A stretch of DNA of 64,000 bases from Clostridia bacterium (GTDB lineage: Bacteria; Bacillota; Clostridia; Oscillospirales; Feifaniaceae). This document shows positions 18,685-27,898 of this stretch, one piece after another; positions within the stretch are counted from its first letter, which is position 1, and every line of letters begins with the position of its first letter. The position numbers and the translations under genes were made by a program. Location: the NCBI GenBank assembly GCA_017427525.1, contig JAFRSP010000018.1:1684-65683 (forward strand). The letters run 5' to 3'. The notes below the pieces were generated by a model. It saw nothing but the letters and a program-made list of their open reading frames with translations. It had not been told where the DNA came from and did not search any database.

Positions 18685-19815
18685 TTATAGCCTTGCCCTT
18701 CGAGATATGCTCAGCACAATACCCATTTCAAACATCAGCATGACCAGAGAAGTGCCCCCTGCCGAGAAAAAGGGCAGAGAGATACCGGTGTTGGGCACCA
18801 GCCCACTGACCACGCAGATATTCAAAATGCTTTGAATCGCAACCTGAGAGGTGATTCCGATGACAACCAACGCCGAAAAGCGGTCCGGCGCCTTGAAGGC
18901 GATGGTAAACCCTCTCCAAATCAACAGGATAAAGAGCAGCACGATGAGCACGGCTCCCACAAAACCGAGCTCCTCACAGACGATCGAAAAGATAAAATCA
19001 TTCTGCGGCTCTGGGATATATAGATACTTTTGCCGGCTCTTGCCGATTCCAAGCCCGAAAAGTCCTCCCGAGCCGATGGCGTAGAGGCTTTGAATGCTCT
19101 GGAATCCATCACCCAGCGGGTCGATAAAGGGATCGAGCCAAACCTTTACACGCTGCATGGCATAGTTGCTCACTTTGATGATGCCAAGCACTCCAACCAC
19201 TCCCAGAGAGCCAAACGCCGCAAACCAGCGCCAATCCACTCCGCCCACAAACATGAGCACTGCGCCGATGGCAAACACCAGCACCGTAGCAGAGATGTGT
19301 TTTTCCAGTGCGATCAATCCGCAAAACAGAAGCAGCAGCGAGGCGCAGGGGATGAGACCCCCCTTGAGGGTTTTGATCTTCTTTTTCTGGCGACAGATCA
19401 GCCAGGACATGCACAGGATGATCGAAAGCTTTGCAACCTCGGAGGGCTGAAATCCGAAGAGCCAGCGTTGCGCTCCGTTTTTGCTGCTTCCGAGAGGTGT
19501 GAGCACAAGAATCAGGGTTGTGAGCGAAAACAAAAAGGCCGGCAACACCGAGATCCGCAGCAGCTTGGGCGTGAGCAGCCTGGCTGTCGTCAGCATGACA
19601 ACGGTGCCGATCGCCGCCCAAAGGAGCTGTGCACGGATAAAATAATAGCTGTCGCCAAAGCGGAAATAGGCGTTGGCGCTGGATGCCGAGAACACCATCA
19701 CAAGGCCGATCGAAACCAGCAGCATCACCAGCACAAAAAACGGCAAATCCATCTCTGCCGTTTTTGCCTTTAAAGATTGGATCGGCCGTTCTTCGGCTTT
19801 GGAAGCACTCCTCAT
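18685..19815 (-). CDS. ftsW: SEDS-family peptidoglycan polymerase FtsW/SpoVE
   Basis: Polytopic membrane protein with SEDS motifs (...GLGIGKSRQKYLYIPEPQNDFIFS...LPFFSAGGTS). ATG at 19815. Confidence 0.9.
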   Translation of the reverse strand: MRSASKAEERPIQSLKAKTAEMDLPFFVLVMLLVSIGLVMVFSASSANAYFRFGDSYYFIRAQLLWAAIGTVVMLTTARLLTPKLLRISVLPAFLFSLTTLILVLTPLGSSKNGAQRWLFGFQPSEVAKLSIILCMSWLICRQKKKIKTLKGGLIPCASLLLLFCGLIALEKHISATVLVFAIGAVLMFVGGVDWRWFAAFGSLGVVGVLGIIKVSNYAMQRVKVWLDPFIDPLGDGFQSIQSLYAIGSGGLFGLGIGKSRQKYLYIPEPQNDFIFSIVCEELGFVGAVLIVLLFILLIWRGFTIAFKAPDRFSALVVIGITSQVAIQSILNICVVSGLVPNTGISLPFFSAGGTSLVMLMFEMGIVLSISRRARL

Positions 19816-19835
19816 GCGATTCTCTCCGATTTCTG

Positions 19836-20828
19836 TTACAGAATGGGATAAAAGCGGATATAGGCCAGATAGGCCAGCAGGCAGCCGGCAATGGAAACCA
19901 GGGTGAAGAGCAGATCGATCTGCCCTTCCTTGTAACCGCACATTTCAAAATGGTGATGCAGGGGCGCCATCTTAAATAGGCGCTTTCCCCCCGTTGCCTT
20001 GAAATAGGAGACCTGTAGAATATCCGAAAGCGCCTCCAGCACATATACCACGCCGCACAGCGCCAAGAGCACCGGCATCCCTGCCAAAAATCCGAGTCCC
20101 GCAACGGCGCCGCCGATGAAGAAAGCCCCGGTATCCCCCATGAAGACCCTCGCCTTTGGGAGATTACTGGGCAGAAATCCCGCAACACCGCCCAGCAGGG
20201 CGCTGGCTCCGACAAAAAGCTCGAAATCCCGATAGCGCAGCCCGATCATGCAAAAGAGCAGCGCCACGGGCAGGGTGACGCAGGAGGCGAGTCCGTCGAT
20301 CCCATCGGTCAGATTGACGGCGTTTACCGTGCCGATCAGGATCACGATCGCAACCGGATACCATAAGAGCCCGAGTTCCAGCGAAATGTTGAAAAAAGGA
20401 ATGGCAAGCCCCGTCGTCCCATGCCCCGCCATTGCCATCGTCCATAAAAATGTGGCGGCAGCCAACACCTGCAACAGCAGCTTTTGCCGGGCGGTCAGAC
20501 CGAGATTTCTTTTCTTAACCACCTTGATATAGTCGTCGATAAAACCGATAAAGCCAAAGGACAGGGCGCACAGCAGAACCAAAACCGCTCCCTTCGGCAC
20601 ACGCCGCAGAGCGACGAACCCACCGAGCAAGACGCCGATAGTCGTGCTGGCTACAAAGGCAATCCCCCCCATGGTAGGCGTTTTCCCCTTGGCGTTGTGC
20701 CAGGTTGGGCCGTCTTCCCGTATGGTCTGGTCAAATTTCAGCCGGTGCAGATACGGAATCAACACCGGGGAGATTCCCATACAGAAGAATGCCGACATGA
20801 CAAAGGGCATCCAGTCTGATAGCTTCAT
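19836..20828 (-). CDS. mraY: Phospho-N-acetylmuramoyl-pentapeptide transferase MraY
   Basis: Motifs GTPTMGG, NAVNLTDGIDGLA, MGDTGA and APLHHHFE. Confidence 0.95.
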   Translation of the reverse strand: MKLSDWMPFVMSAFFCMGISPVLIPYLHRLKFDQTIREDGPTWHNAKGKTPTMGGIAFVASTTIGVLLGGFVALRRVPKGAVLVLLCALSFGFIGFIDDYIKVVKKRNLGLTARQKLLLQVLAAATFLWTMAMAGHGTTGLAIPFFNISLELGLLWYPVAIVILIGTVNAVNLTDGIDGLASCVTLPVALLFCMIGLRYRDFELFVGASALLGGVAGFLPSNLPKARVFMGDTGAFFIGGAVAGLGFLAGMPVLLALCGVVYVLEALSDILQVSYFKATGGKRLFKMAPLHHHFEMCGYKEGQIDLLFTLVSIAGCLLAYLAYIRFYPIL

Positions 20829-20911
20829 CGCTTTTTTCCTCCTTGGCGCCGCGTGGTTCCCATACCCGCCGGCTTGCGCCAGGGGATGATCCTTCCGCCG
20901 AATCGTTCTCC

Positions 20912-22363
20912 TTATTTTCCTTGCTTTTGCTTTTCGAGCAGTTCGGTCACAACCTCCCGCTCATCGTAGTGGATTTTCCCCGTAGAGAGAATCTGGTAGG
21001 TCTCATGACCCTTACCTGCAATCAAAACGATATCGTTCTCTTTTGCCAGACTCAAAGCGTGTGCGATGGCCTGTGTGCGGTCGACGAGAATGGCATGCGG
21101 CACCTTACTGTCTCCGATTCCCGCCGCCGCGTCGTCGAGAATACGCTGGGGATCCTCTGTTCTGGGATTGTCGCTGGTTAAAACAAAGTAGTCTGAAAAG
21201 TCGATCACGGCTTTTGTCATCAGCGGACGCTTGGTGCGATCCCGATCTCCGCCGCAGCCATAGACCGTGATGATCCGTCCCGTGGCAAAGTCCCGGATGG
21301 CCCTGCCGATGTTGATGAGGGCGTCAGGGGTGTGGGCGTAGTCGAGAATCACGGTATAGGGGGTATCGGTCGGAACCACCTCGATGCGGCCCTTAACCCC
21401 CTTGCAGGTCTTGACGGCGGTAACCGCATCGGCCTGCGGAATGCCCAGCCCCACACAGGCCGCGATCACACCCAGCGTGTTGCGCACATTGAAGCCTCCC
21501 GGCATTGCGACGTTCACTCGGTTCAGGCATCCCTTCGAGACCACCTGATATTCCACATGATCGGCAAAAAGACGGATGTTGCGGGCCGTAAAATCGGCAA
21601 AATCACTGACTGTGGAAAAGGTGACGTTTTTCTCTGTTTTTGCCTCCTGCATCATGACAGCCGAGGCCTCGTCATCGAAATTGAACACGCCGAGTTCGCA
21701 GACGTCAAAGAGCTTTTGCTTGGCAAGGCGATAGTTTTCCATCGTCTTGTGGTAGTCGAGATGATCCTGTGTGAGATTGGTGAAGATACCGCACTTGAAT
21801 TTCAGCCCTGCGACGCGGTGCTGGTCAAGCGCATGAGAGGAGACCTCCATCACACACCAGTCGCAACCGGCCTTTACCATGCGGGCAAAAAGAGCCTGAA
21901 GCTCCATCGCGTCGGGCGTGGTGTTGTCGGCGTCTTCGGATTCCTCTCCCACCATATTGACGATCGTGCCGATCAGGCCCACCTTGTGACCCAGCTGTTC
22001 GAGCACATGCTTGAAGATGAAGGTGGTCGAGGTCTTTCCGTTCGTGCCGGTCACGCCGACCAGGTTCAGTTTTTCGGCAGGATTTCCAAAGAAATTGCCT
22101 GCCATAAGGGCATATGCCTCTCTGGCGTCTTTTACCAGAACGACCGGAACCGCCAAGGGCAGTGCCCGCTCAGCCACGACTGCCGCCGCCCCGAGCTCCA
22201 CCGCCTTTTCGGCAAAATCATGTCCATCTGCCTTGGTGCCCGGCACTGCGATGAATACAAACCCTTTTTGAACCTTGCGACTGTCGCTCGTGAGGCCGGC
22301 AATCTCGATATCCGGCGCCTCAGAGCCGGTTACAACACCCTGTAAAAGCTGCTTCAGTTTCAT
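20912..22363 (-). CDS. murE: UDP-MurNAc-L-Ala-D-Glu:meso-diaminopimelate ligase MurE
   Basis: Mur ligase P-loop GVTGTNGKTST and the DAP-specific DNPR motif (TSDNPRTEDP). Confidence 0.92.
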   Translation of the reverse strand: MKLKQLLQGVVTGSEAPDIEIAGLTSDSRKVQKGFVFIAVPGTKADGHDFAEKAVELGAAAVVAERALPLAVPVVLVKDAREAYALMAGNFFGNPAEKLNLVGVTGTNGKTSTTFIFKHVLEQLGHKVGLIGTIVNMVGEESEDADNTTPDAMELQALFARMVKAGCDWCVMEVSSHALDQHRVAGLKFKCGIFTNLTQDHLDYHKTMENYRLAKQKLFDVCELGVFNFDDEASAVMMQEAKTEKNVTFSTVSDFADFTARNIRLFADHVEYQVVSKGCLNRVNVAMPGGFNVRNTLGVIAACVGLGIPQADAVTAVKTCKGVKGRIEVVPTDTPYTVILDYAHTPDALINIGRAIRDFATGRIITVYGCGGDRDRTKRPLMTKAVIDFSDYFVLTSDNPRTEDPQRILDDAAAGIGDSKVPHAILVDRTQAIAHALSLAKENDIVLIAGKGHETYQILSTGKIHYDEREVVTELLEKQKQGK

Positions 22364-22411
22364 CTTCGTTCTCCTCCTTCAGCTTTTGTTCCTGATTCCT
22401 GTCTGTTTTCG

Positions 22412-24655
22412 CTAATAGTCCACGCTGACCCATTCGGATTCGGATTCGTGGACAAAATCAACCGTGACCACGCTTCCCATCTCCGCCAAACTCCCCGCCG
22501 TCGGAGACTGTGAAATCGCCGAAACCTCGGCCTCTGTTAGATCCTTTCCGTTTGCCCGGATATTGAATCCCGCAGCCTCGAGCTTCGCGGTTGCCTTCGC
22601 CGGCGTCAGTCCTGTTACGGAAGGCACCGTCACCAGAGGCGCCGCTTCCTTCTGCTCGGTATAGAGCAGAACCTTGCCGCCCTTGGCCAGCTTCTGTCCG
22701 CCGCGCGGCACCTGCTCGATGACCGAATCGCCGTTTCCGATCACGGAAGGCACAAATCCTGCGCTCCTGAGCGCGGCATACGCTTCGGAAACGGTGGATT
22801 TGCTCACATCGGGAACGCTCTTCTCGAGCGAGGCGAGCTCCTCCGCCGTATACTGCGGCATAATGCCGAGCGCGGGCAGGATATCCTCAAACATCTTTCG
22901 CACGGTGGGAGCCGCAGTCAAACCTCCGGTCACCTGATCGACTTCCGGTTCATCCATCAAAAGCAGGATGGCGATCTGCGGATTGTCGGCCGGTGCAATC
23001 CCACAGAAGGAGGAGATCCGCTTATCTGCGATTCCCTGTGCGTTTTTCTGGTCGATCTTCTCCGAGGTTCCCGTTTTTCCACCGATCCGATAGCCCTTGA
23101 TGTAGGCGTTTTTACCGGTACCGGTGCTGACGACCTGCTCCAGCATGGAGGCCACCTTAGCCGAGGTCTCTTCAGAGATGACCTGGCGCTTCACAACGGG
23201 ATCAAAGCTCTGAACCACCGTTCCGTCGTCGTCGATGATCTTGCTGACCAGATAGGGCTGGTTGAGATATCCCCCGTTGACACAGGCGGAAATCGCCGTG
23301 ATCATCTGGATCGGCGTGACCTTAAAGGTCTGTCCGAAAGCCGCGACCGCCGTTTCCACCACGCCGTTTGCGATGGTATTTCGGTCGAAGAAAATGCCCG
23401 AGGCCTCGCCGTAAAGATCGATTCCGGTTTTGTTGAGCAGGCCGAAAGCTTCGGCATATTCGTAAAATGAGGCGCCGCCGATACGAGCGCCGAGTTCCAT
23501 GAATACAGGGTTGCAGGAATTCTTGAGACCGGTCACCACATCCTGCACCCCGTGTCCGCCCGCCTTCCAGCAGGCGATCCGCGTGCCGGCGACTACCTTG
23601 TAGCCGGGACAGTTGAAGGTTTCATGCAGTGAAACCACATTCTTCTCGAGCGCCATGGAAACCGTGATGATTTTGAACACGCTGCCCGGCTCATAGGTGT
23701 CGGCAATGGCCTTGTTGCGCCACATACTCTGCCAGATTTCCATCTGGCGCTTGGCATATTCCTCTCCTTCGAGGCTTTCAAGCTCGGCAATCAACGACGG
23801 ATCCGAAATCTCTCTCGGATTGTTGAGATCATAGTCCGGCTTGGTGGCCATGGCCAAAATCGCACCGGTTCTCACATCCATCACGATGGCTGTGGCACGG
23901 TTCTGCACGTTGTATTCGATCACTGCGTTTTCGAGGTGCTTCTCGATAAAGTGCTGCACGGCCTCGTCGATGGTCGTAACAAGATGATACCCGTTGCGGG
24001 CGTCGATATACTGCTGATACCGGAATGGCATATCGGTTCCGCGGGCGTTTTTGGCCGTGATGATTCGTCCCGGCATTCCCACCAGAATGTCGTTGTAGTA
24101 GCTTTCCAGCCCTTCTATCCCCTCGCCGTCGACATTGGTAAAACCGATCACGTGGGAGGCAAAGGCCCCATAGGGATAGTAGCGCTTGGAATCCTCCGCC
24201 AGCGCGACGCTCTCAAGATTGTATTCCTTTTTGAAGGCGCGCACCTCGTCTGCCAGTTCCTTTTCCACCTGGCGTTTGATGATTTCGTAGTAGTTGTTGG
24301 CCGTTGTTTTTTTAAGAATGGTCTCCTCGTTCACCCCGAGGATCCGGGAAAGCTCCCTTGCAATCAAAGCGGCCTCTTCCTTGTTTCGGATGGATTTGGG
24401 AGCAATATAAACCGTTTCGGCCGAGGCCGAAACGGCCAGTGTTTTCATGTTTCGATCGTATATGGTACCTCGTTTTGGGGTGACGGTGGTGTCCCGCACC
24501 TGCTGATCGATGGCCTTGGCCTGATAGATCTCATGCTGCACGATCTGAATCTGGAACAGCCTTGCTGTGATGGCCCCGAAACAGACCCCCAGGAAGACAA
24601 AAAGCACCAGCAGCATTCTTCGTCTGGTTGCGGAATCAAGCGGCGTGCGTTCCAC
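22412..24655 (-). CDS. Class B penicillin-binding protein (FtsI/SpoVD/PBP2B type) with two C-terminal PASTA domains
   Basis: N-terminal TM helix, dimerisation domain, transpeptidase motifs SVFK, SCN and KTGT, and two PASTA-like repeats at the C-terminus. Confidence 0.9.
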   Translation of the reverse strand: MERTPLDSATRRRMLLVLFVFLGVCFGAITARLFQIQIVQHEIYQAKAIDQQVRDTTVTPKRGTIYDRNMKTLAVSASAETVYIAPKSIRNKEEAALIARELSRILGVNEETILKKTTANNYYEIIKRQVEKELADEVRAFKKEYNLESVALAEDSKRYYPYGAFASHVIGFTNVDGEGIEGLESYYNDILVGMPGRIITAKNARGTDMPFRYQQYIDARNGYHLVTTIDEAVQHFIEKHLENAVIEYNVQNRATAIVMDVRTGAILAMATKPDYDLNNPREISDPSLIAELESLEGEEYAKRQMEIWQSMWRNKAIADTYEPGSVFKIITVSMALEKNVVSLHETFNCPGYKVVAGTRIACWKAGGHGVQDVVTGLKNSCNPVFMELGARIGGASFYEYAEAFGLLNKTGIDLYGEASGIFFDRNTIANGVVETAVAAFGQTFKVTPIQMITAISACVNGGYLNQPYLVSKIIDDDGTVVQSFDPVVKRQVISEETSAKVASMLEQVVSTGTGKNAYIKGYRIGGKTGTSEKIDQKNAQGIADKRISSFCGIAPADNPQIAILLLMDEPEVDQVTGGLTAAPTVRKMFEDILPALGIMPQYTAEELASLEKSVPDVSKSTVSEAYAALRSAGFVPSVIGNGDSVIEQVPRGGQKLAKGGKVLLYTEQKEAAPLVTVPSVTGLTPAKATAKLEAAGFNIRANGKDLTEAEVSAISQSPTAGSLAEMGSVVTVDFVHESESEWVSVDY

Positions 24656-24783
24656 CCGTTGGCACCTCCTTCCGATTTCAAATATAGTAGGTTTGACCGG
24701 GAATTATGAACTTCCCTGCATCCCACAATGCGGCATGTGGTGTGCCCTCCGACGACCGGAACGGCACACCACCTCGAATCGTT

Positions 24784-25296
24784 TTAACCCATCAGTTTCG
24801 ACACATTCTGCGCCAAAAAACGAAGGGAATCCTGGAATCTTGCAAACGGATGATCTTCTCCCTGTACCACGGTTCCGTAATCGCTGCCTGTGAGACGGAT
24901 ATAAACAATCTGATCCTGCTCGAGCTTCTGCATGTAGAGTTTCTCGGTTGCGATCGTTTCAATTTCCGCAAGATTGATCTGCATGTCGCAGAGCGCCGTC
25001 AGACGTTTCTGCTCGCTGACCAGCATCTCGTTCCGGCTCTGTACTGCGGCCGCCTTTGTGGTGAGCTCATTGAGCTGTGAAGTGCTGACCAGAATACCGC
25101 CTAACAGAGTGACGCAAAAACAGCACAGCAGCAGGTTCTTGGCAACGGCACGCAGCATGGCACGGCGTCTGCGTTTTTGTACAAGCGAAATGATTCTCCT
25201 GCGGTCATATGTTTGAACGCGCGCATCATAGGCAGGAAACTCATATGCCGTACTGACGTTTTCCCGCTGGATATCATAGCGAATCTGTTCCTGCAT
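24784..25296 (-). CDS. ftsL: FtsL-like septum formation protein (bitopic, coiled coil)
   Basis: Positioned between rsmH and the PBP gene, with a single TM helix followed by a coiled coil. ATG at 25296. Confidence 0.6.
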   Translation of the reverse strand: MQEQIRYDIQRENVSTAYEFPAYDARVQTYDRRRIISLVQKRRRRAMLRAVAKNLLLCCFCVTLLGGILVSTSQLNELTTKAAAVQSRNEMLVSEQKRLTALCDMQINLAEIETIATEKLYMQKLEQDQIVYIRLTGSDYGTVVQGEDHPFARFQDSLRFLAQNVSKLMG

Positions 25297-25362
25297 CGTG
25301 TTTTCCCCCAACATTCGAAATCCTGGTTCCAAACCGTTTCAAAGCGAAACGGGAATTCTCTT

Positions 25363-26313
25363 TTATTCCGACTGCCCTTCAAGCTTCTCTGCAACGCGCA
25401 GCTTCGCGCTGCGGCTGCGGGGATTCTCTGAGAGCTCTTTCTGTCCCGGTGTGACCGGCTTTCGCCCGACCAGGCGGACCACCGGCTTCTTCCCGCAGAT
25501 ACAGACCGGGAACTCCTTCGGGCAGGTGCATCCCTGCGCCAGAGAGGCGAAGGTCTCTTTGACGATGCGGTCTTCCAGAGAGTGAAAGGTGATCACGCAG
25601 ATCCGTCCTCCGGGATTCAGTCTTGACGCGGCAGTGCGCAGCGTTTGCTCGATCCCGTCAAGCTCGTGGTTGACTTCAATGCGCAGCGCCTGGAAGGTGC
25701 GCTTTGCTGGGTGCTGCGCCTCCCTGCGGGCTGCCGCCGGCATGGCCGAAGCGATCAGGGCGGCGAGCTGCGTTGTCGTGGCGATCGGCGCCTGCTGCCG
25801 CTGCTTCACAATTGCCGCGGCAATGCGGCGGGAATACCGCTCTTCCCCGTATCGGAAAATGAGATTTGCCAGCTGCTCTTCCCCGTAAGTATTGACCACC
25901 GTTTCCGCCGTGAGCGGCGCGGTACGATCCATCCGCATGTCAAGCGGCGCCTCTTTGGAATAGGAGAAGCCCCGCTCAGCATCGTCGAGTTGAAAGGAAG
26001 AGACCCCGAGGTCGAGCAGCAGGCCATCGAAGCGCTCAATTTGGAGCCTGTCGAGAATCTGCTCCAAATTGCTAAAATCATCCCGCACAAAGGTCATACG
26101 ATCCAAAACCTGAGCCAGGCGCTCGCCCGCTCTTCGGTGTGCATATTCGTCCTTGTCGATCCCGATGAGTCTGCCCTGTGTCAATTGCCGGGCAATGGCT
26201 AGACTGTGCCCTCCTCCTCCCATGGTCCCGTCGATATAGATGCCGGACGGCTTGACGGAAAGCGCTTCGACCGCTTCGTGCAGCAGAACAGGAACATGCT
26301 CCAACTCCCCCAA
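25363..26313 (-). CDS. rsmH: 16S rRNA (cytosine1402-N4)-methyltransferase RsmH
   Basis: HVPVLLHEAVEAL...DGTMGGGGHS...DLGVSSFQLD motifs. TTG start 6 nt after GAAGGAGGG. Confidence 0.95.
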   Translation of the reverse strand: MGELEHVPVLLHEAVEALSVKPSGIYIDGTMGGGGHSLAIARQLTQGRLIGIDKDEYAHRRAGERLAQVLDRMTFVRDDFSNLEQILDRLQIERFDGLLLDLGVSSFQLDDAERGFSYSKEAPLDMRMDRTAPLTAETVVNTYGEEQLANLIFRYGEERYSRRIAAAIVKQRQQAPIATTTQLAALIASAMPAAARREAQHPAKRTFQALRIEVNHELDGIEQTLRTAASRLNPGGRICVITFHSLEDRIVKETFASLAQGCTCPKEFPVCICGKKPVVRLVGRKPVTPGQKELSENPRSRSAKLRVAEKLEGQSE

Positions 26314-26353
26314 GCCAAGCCCTCCTTCTCATCCTTCCGGCCTATTACGCAGC

Positions 26354-26773
26354 CTACACCTTGCTGTTGGAAAGCGCCTCCAGCACATCTTCATCGGTTA
26401 CGCTGTTTTCAATCTTTTCCCAAGCCTCAAGATTCCAAACTTCCACGCGGGTTTCCACACCCACGAAGACGACTTCTTTTTTCAGGCCGGCCAAATTCCG
26501 CAGTTTGGCCGAAAGCAGCACGCGGTTTTGAGAGTCGGGCTGCAGCTCTTCCGCGAAACCGAAGAAGTAGCGCTGCATGGTCCGCCCTTCAGCGATAGGG
26601 GCCGATCGAATGATGGCCGAAAGTCGGTCCCACTCCTCAAGCGGATAGAGGCTGATGCAGCCGTCAAGTCCACGGGTGGCGACAAACCGCTCTCCCAGAT
26701 CCCTGCGGAAGCGCTGCGGAATAATCAGACGCCCCTTTTCATCCAAGCTGTGTTGAGTCTGGCCGATGAGCAT
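26354..26773 (-). CDS. mraZ: Transcriptional regulator MraZ
   Basis: Two SpoVT/AbrB-like halves (LDEKGRLIIP and DSQNRVLLSAKL). ATG at 26773 after AAAGGGGGA. Confidence 0.93.
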   Translation of the reverse strand: MLIGQTQHSLDEKGRLIIPQRFRRDLGERFVATRGLDGCISLYPLEEWDRLSAIIRSAPIAEGRTMQRYFFGFAEELQPDSQNRVLLSAKLRNLAGLKKEVVFVGVETRVEVWNLEAWEKIENSVTDEDVLEALSNSKV

Positions 26774-26860
26774 GGCTTGTCCCCCTTTCCGAGAATAAAA
26801 AGCGAAGGAAGATTCATAAGAAAAGAACATATGTATGTATTTTTATACTATACTCAAATT

Positions 26861-26900
26861 CTCCCTTATACTCCCTTTAGCTCCCTTTTGTCCCACTTGA
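26861..26900 (-). promoter_or_regulatory. Candidate MraZ operator: four helically phased GGGA(G) direct repeats
   Basis: Minus strand reads TCAAGTGGGA CAAAAGGGAG CTAAAGGGAG TATAAGGGAG. The spacing is 9-10 bp. The array lies immediately downstream of the predicted -10 and about 90 nt upstream of mraZ. Confidence 0.55.
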
Positions 26901-26904
26901 TACT

Positions 26905-26932
26905 AGTTTACCATAGATTTTTAAAATTGCAA
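26905..26932 (-). promoter_or_regulatory. dcw/mraZ promoter candidate
   Basis: Minus strand: TTGCAA (26932-26927), 16 nt, TGgTAAACT extended -10 (-10 hexamer at 26910-26905). Confidence 0.5.
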
Positions 26933-26997
26933 CAAGAAATTCTGCCGTTGACAACTTTTTTTCTTATTAAGCATGCTTTCCGATTTGCATGATTTTG

Positions 26998-27011
26998 CAT
27001 GAATATTCATG
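26998..27011. promoter_or_regulatory. Perfect 14-bp palindrome CATGAATATTCATG preceded by a TTTGCATGA direct repeat
   Basis: Read directly from the sequence: ATTTGCATGATTTTGCATGAATATTCATG (26983-27011) in the AT-rich region upstream of the mraZ promoter. Confidence 0.35.
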
Positions 27012-27131
27012 TATTTTTGTCCCTCACTTTCCCCCTTGTGGTTATTTCGGCGTGCGTTCTTCTTCCCATTCACGGAAGCACAGAAGCCCCGTAGGATTCT
27101 TTTCGTTGCTCCTTCGTTTGAGTTTTCCCCG

Positions 27132-27167
27132 AAAAAAAAAGAGCCCTCGACGGTATGTCGAGAGCCC
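27132..27167 (-). terminator. Rho-independent terminator of the rsmD-coaD-coiled-coil operon
   Basis: Minus strand: GGGCTCTCGAC-ATACC-GTCGAGGGCTC followed by T9. Confidence 0.7.
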
Positions 27168-27326
27168 AAAGCAATTGGGAATGTCCCATTCCCTGCAGAA
27201 GAGGTAAAGAGAGGGCGTGAATCCTTCCCGTATTCTCTTTTCACAAAAACCTTGCAAATGGCGCAGCAGAGTTTCTTCCGCCGATCATAGCCGAAAAGCG
27301 GCTTCTTTTCTCCGGTTCGGCCTTCC

Positions 27327-27878
27327 TCACAGCTTGGCGGATTTGAAGTTTTCCTGCGCCTGATGCACATCGGCAACCGCCTGCGTGAGGTTCTTGTCGA
27401 CCATGGCAAGCAGCTGCTCCACATACTCGTTGGTGGTAGTCTTCATCTCTTTCACGCGGGCGTTCGTATCCGAAATCTGCTCCGCCGCCTGCTTGTTGGC
27501 AAGCTCCAGCTGCTCGGAAGCCTGCTCGTTGGCCTGCTTGAGCACATCCGTCGCCTGGCGCTTGGCTTCGAGCAGGATCTCATTTGCCTCGCGGTTGGCA
27601 GCCGCCACGACCTCTTCGCGCGACACCAAAAACTTCGCCTTTTCTTCGGCGTTTTTCATCATGACCTCGGCCTCACGGCGCGCCGTTGTGACAATCTCCT
27701 TGCGCTCATCCACGATCCGGCGGGATTGCTCCAACTCGACCGGCAGGTTGCTTCGGATATCGCGAATCAACTCGGTTGCTTCGAGCACATCCACCACCGC
27801 TTTTCCGTTGGAAAGCGGCATCCTCCATGATTCATCAAACAGCTCCTGCAGACGATCAAACAGTTCATCCAAATTCAT
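27327..27878 (-). CDS. Coiled-coil protein of unknown function (ATP-synthase-b/E-like heptad-rich)
   Basis: 183 aa and almost entirely helical and charged. Follows coaD with a 20-nt gap. No catalytic motif seen. Confidence 0.5.
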   Translation of the reverse strand: MNLDELFDRLQELFDESWRMPLSNGKAVVDVLEATELIRDIRSNLPVELEQSRRIVDERKEIVTTARREAEVMMKNAEEKAKFLVSREEVVAAANREANEILLEAKRQATDVLKQANEQASEQLELANKQAAEQISDTNARVKEMKTTTNEYVEQLLAMVDKNLTQAVADVHQAQENFKSAKL

Positions 27879-27898
27879 AGTTGTTACTCCTCCCCTTT

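Noticed and set aside
26921-27424. 167-aa ORF in the mraZ upstream intergenic region
   Set aside because: It has no SD, spans a terminator and a promoter, and has a Lys/Arg/Cys-rich low-complexity translation. It is most likely non-coding.
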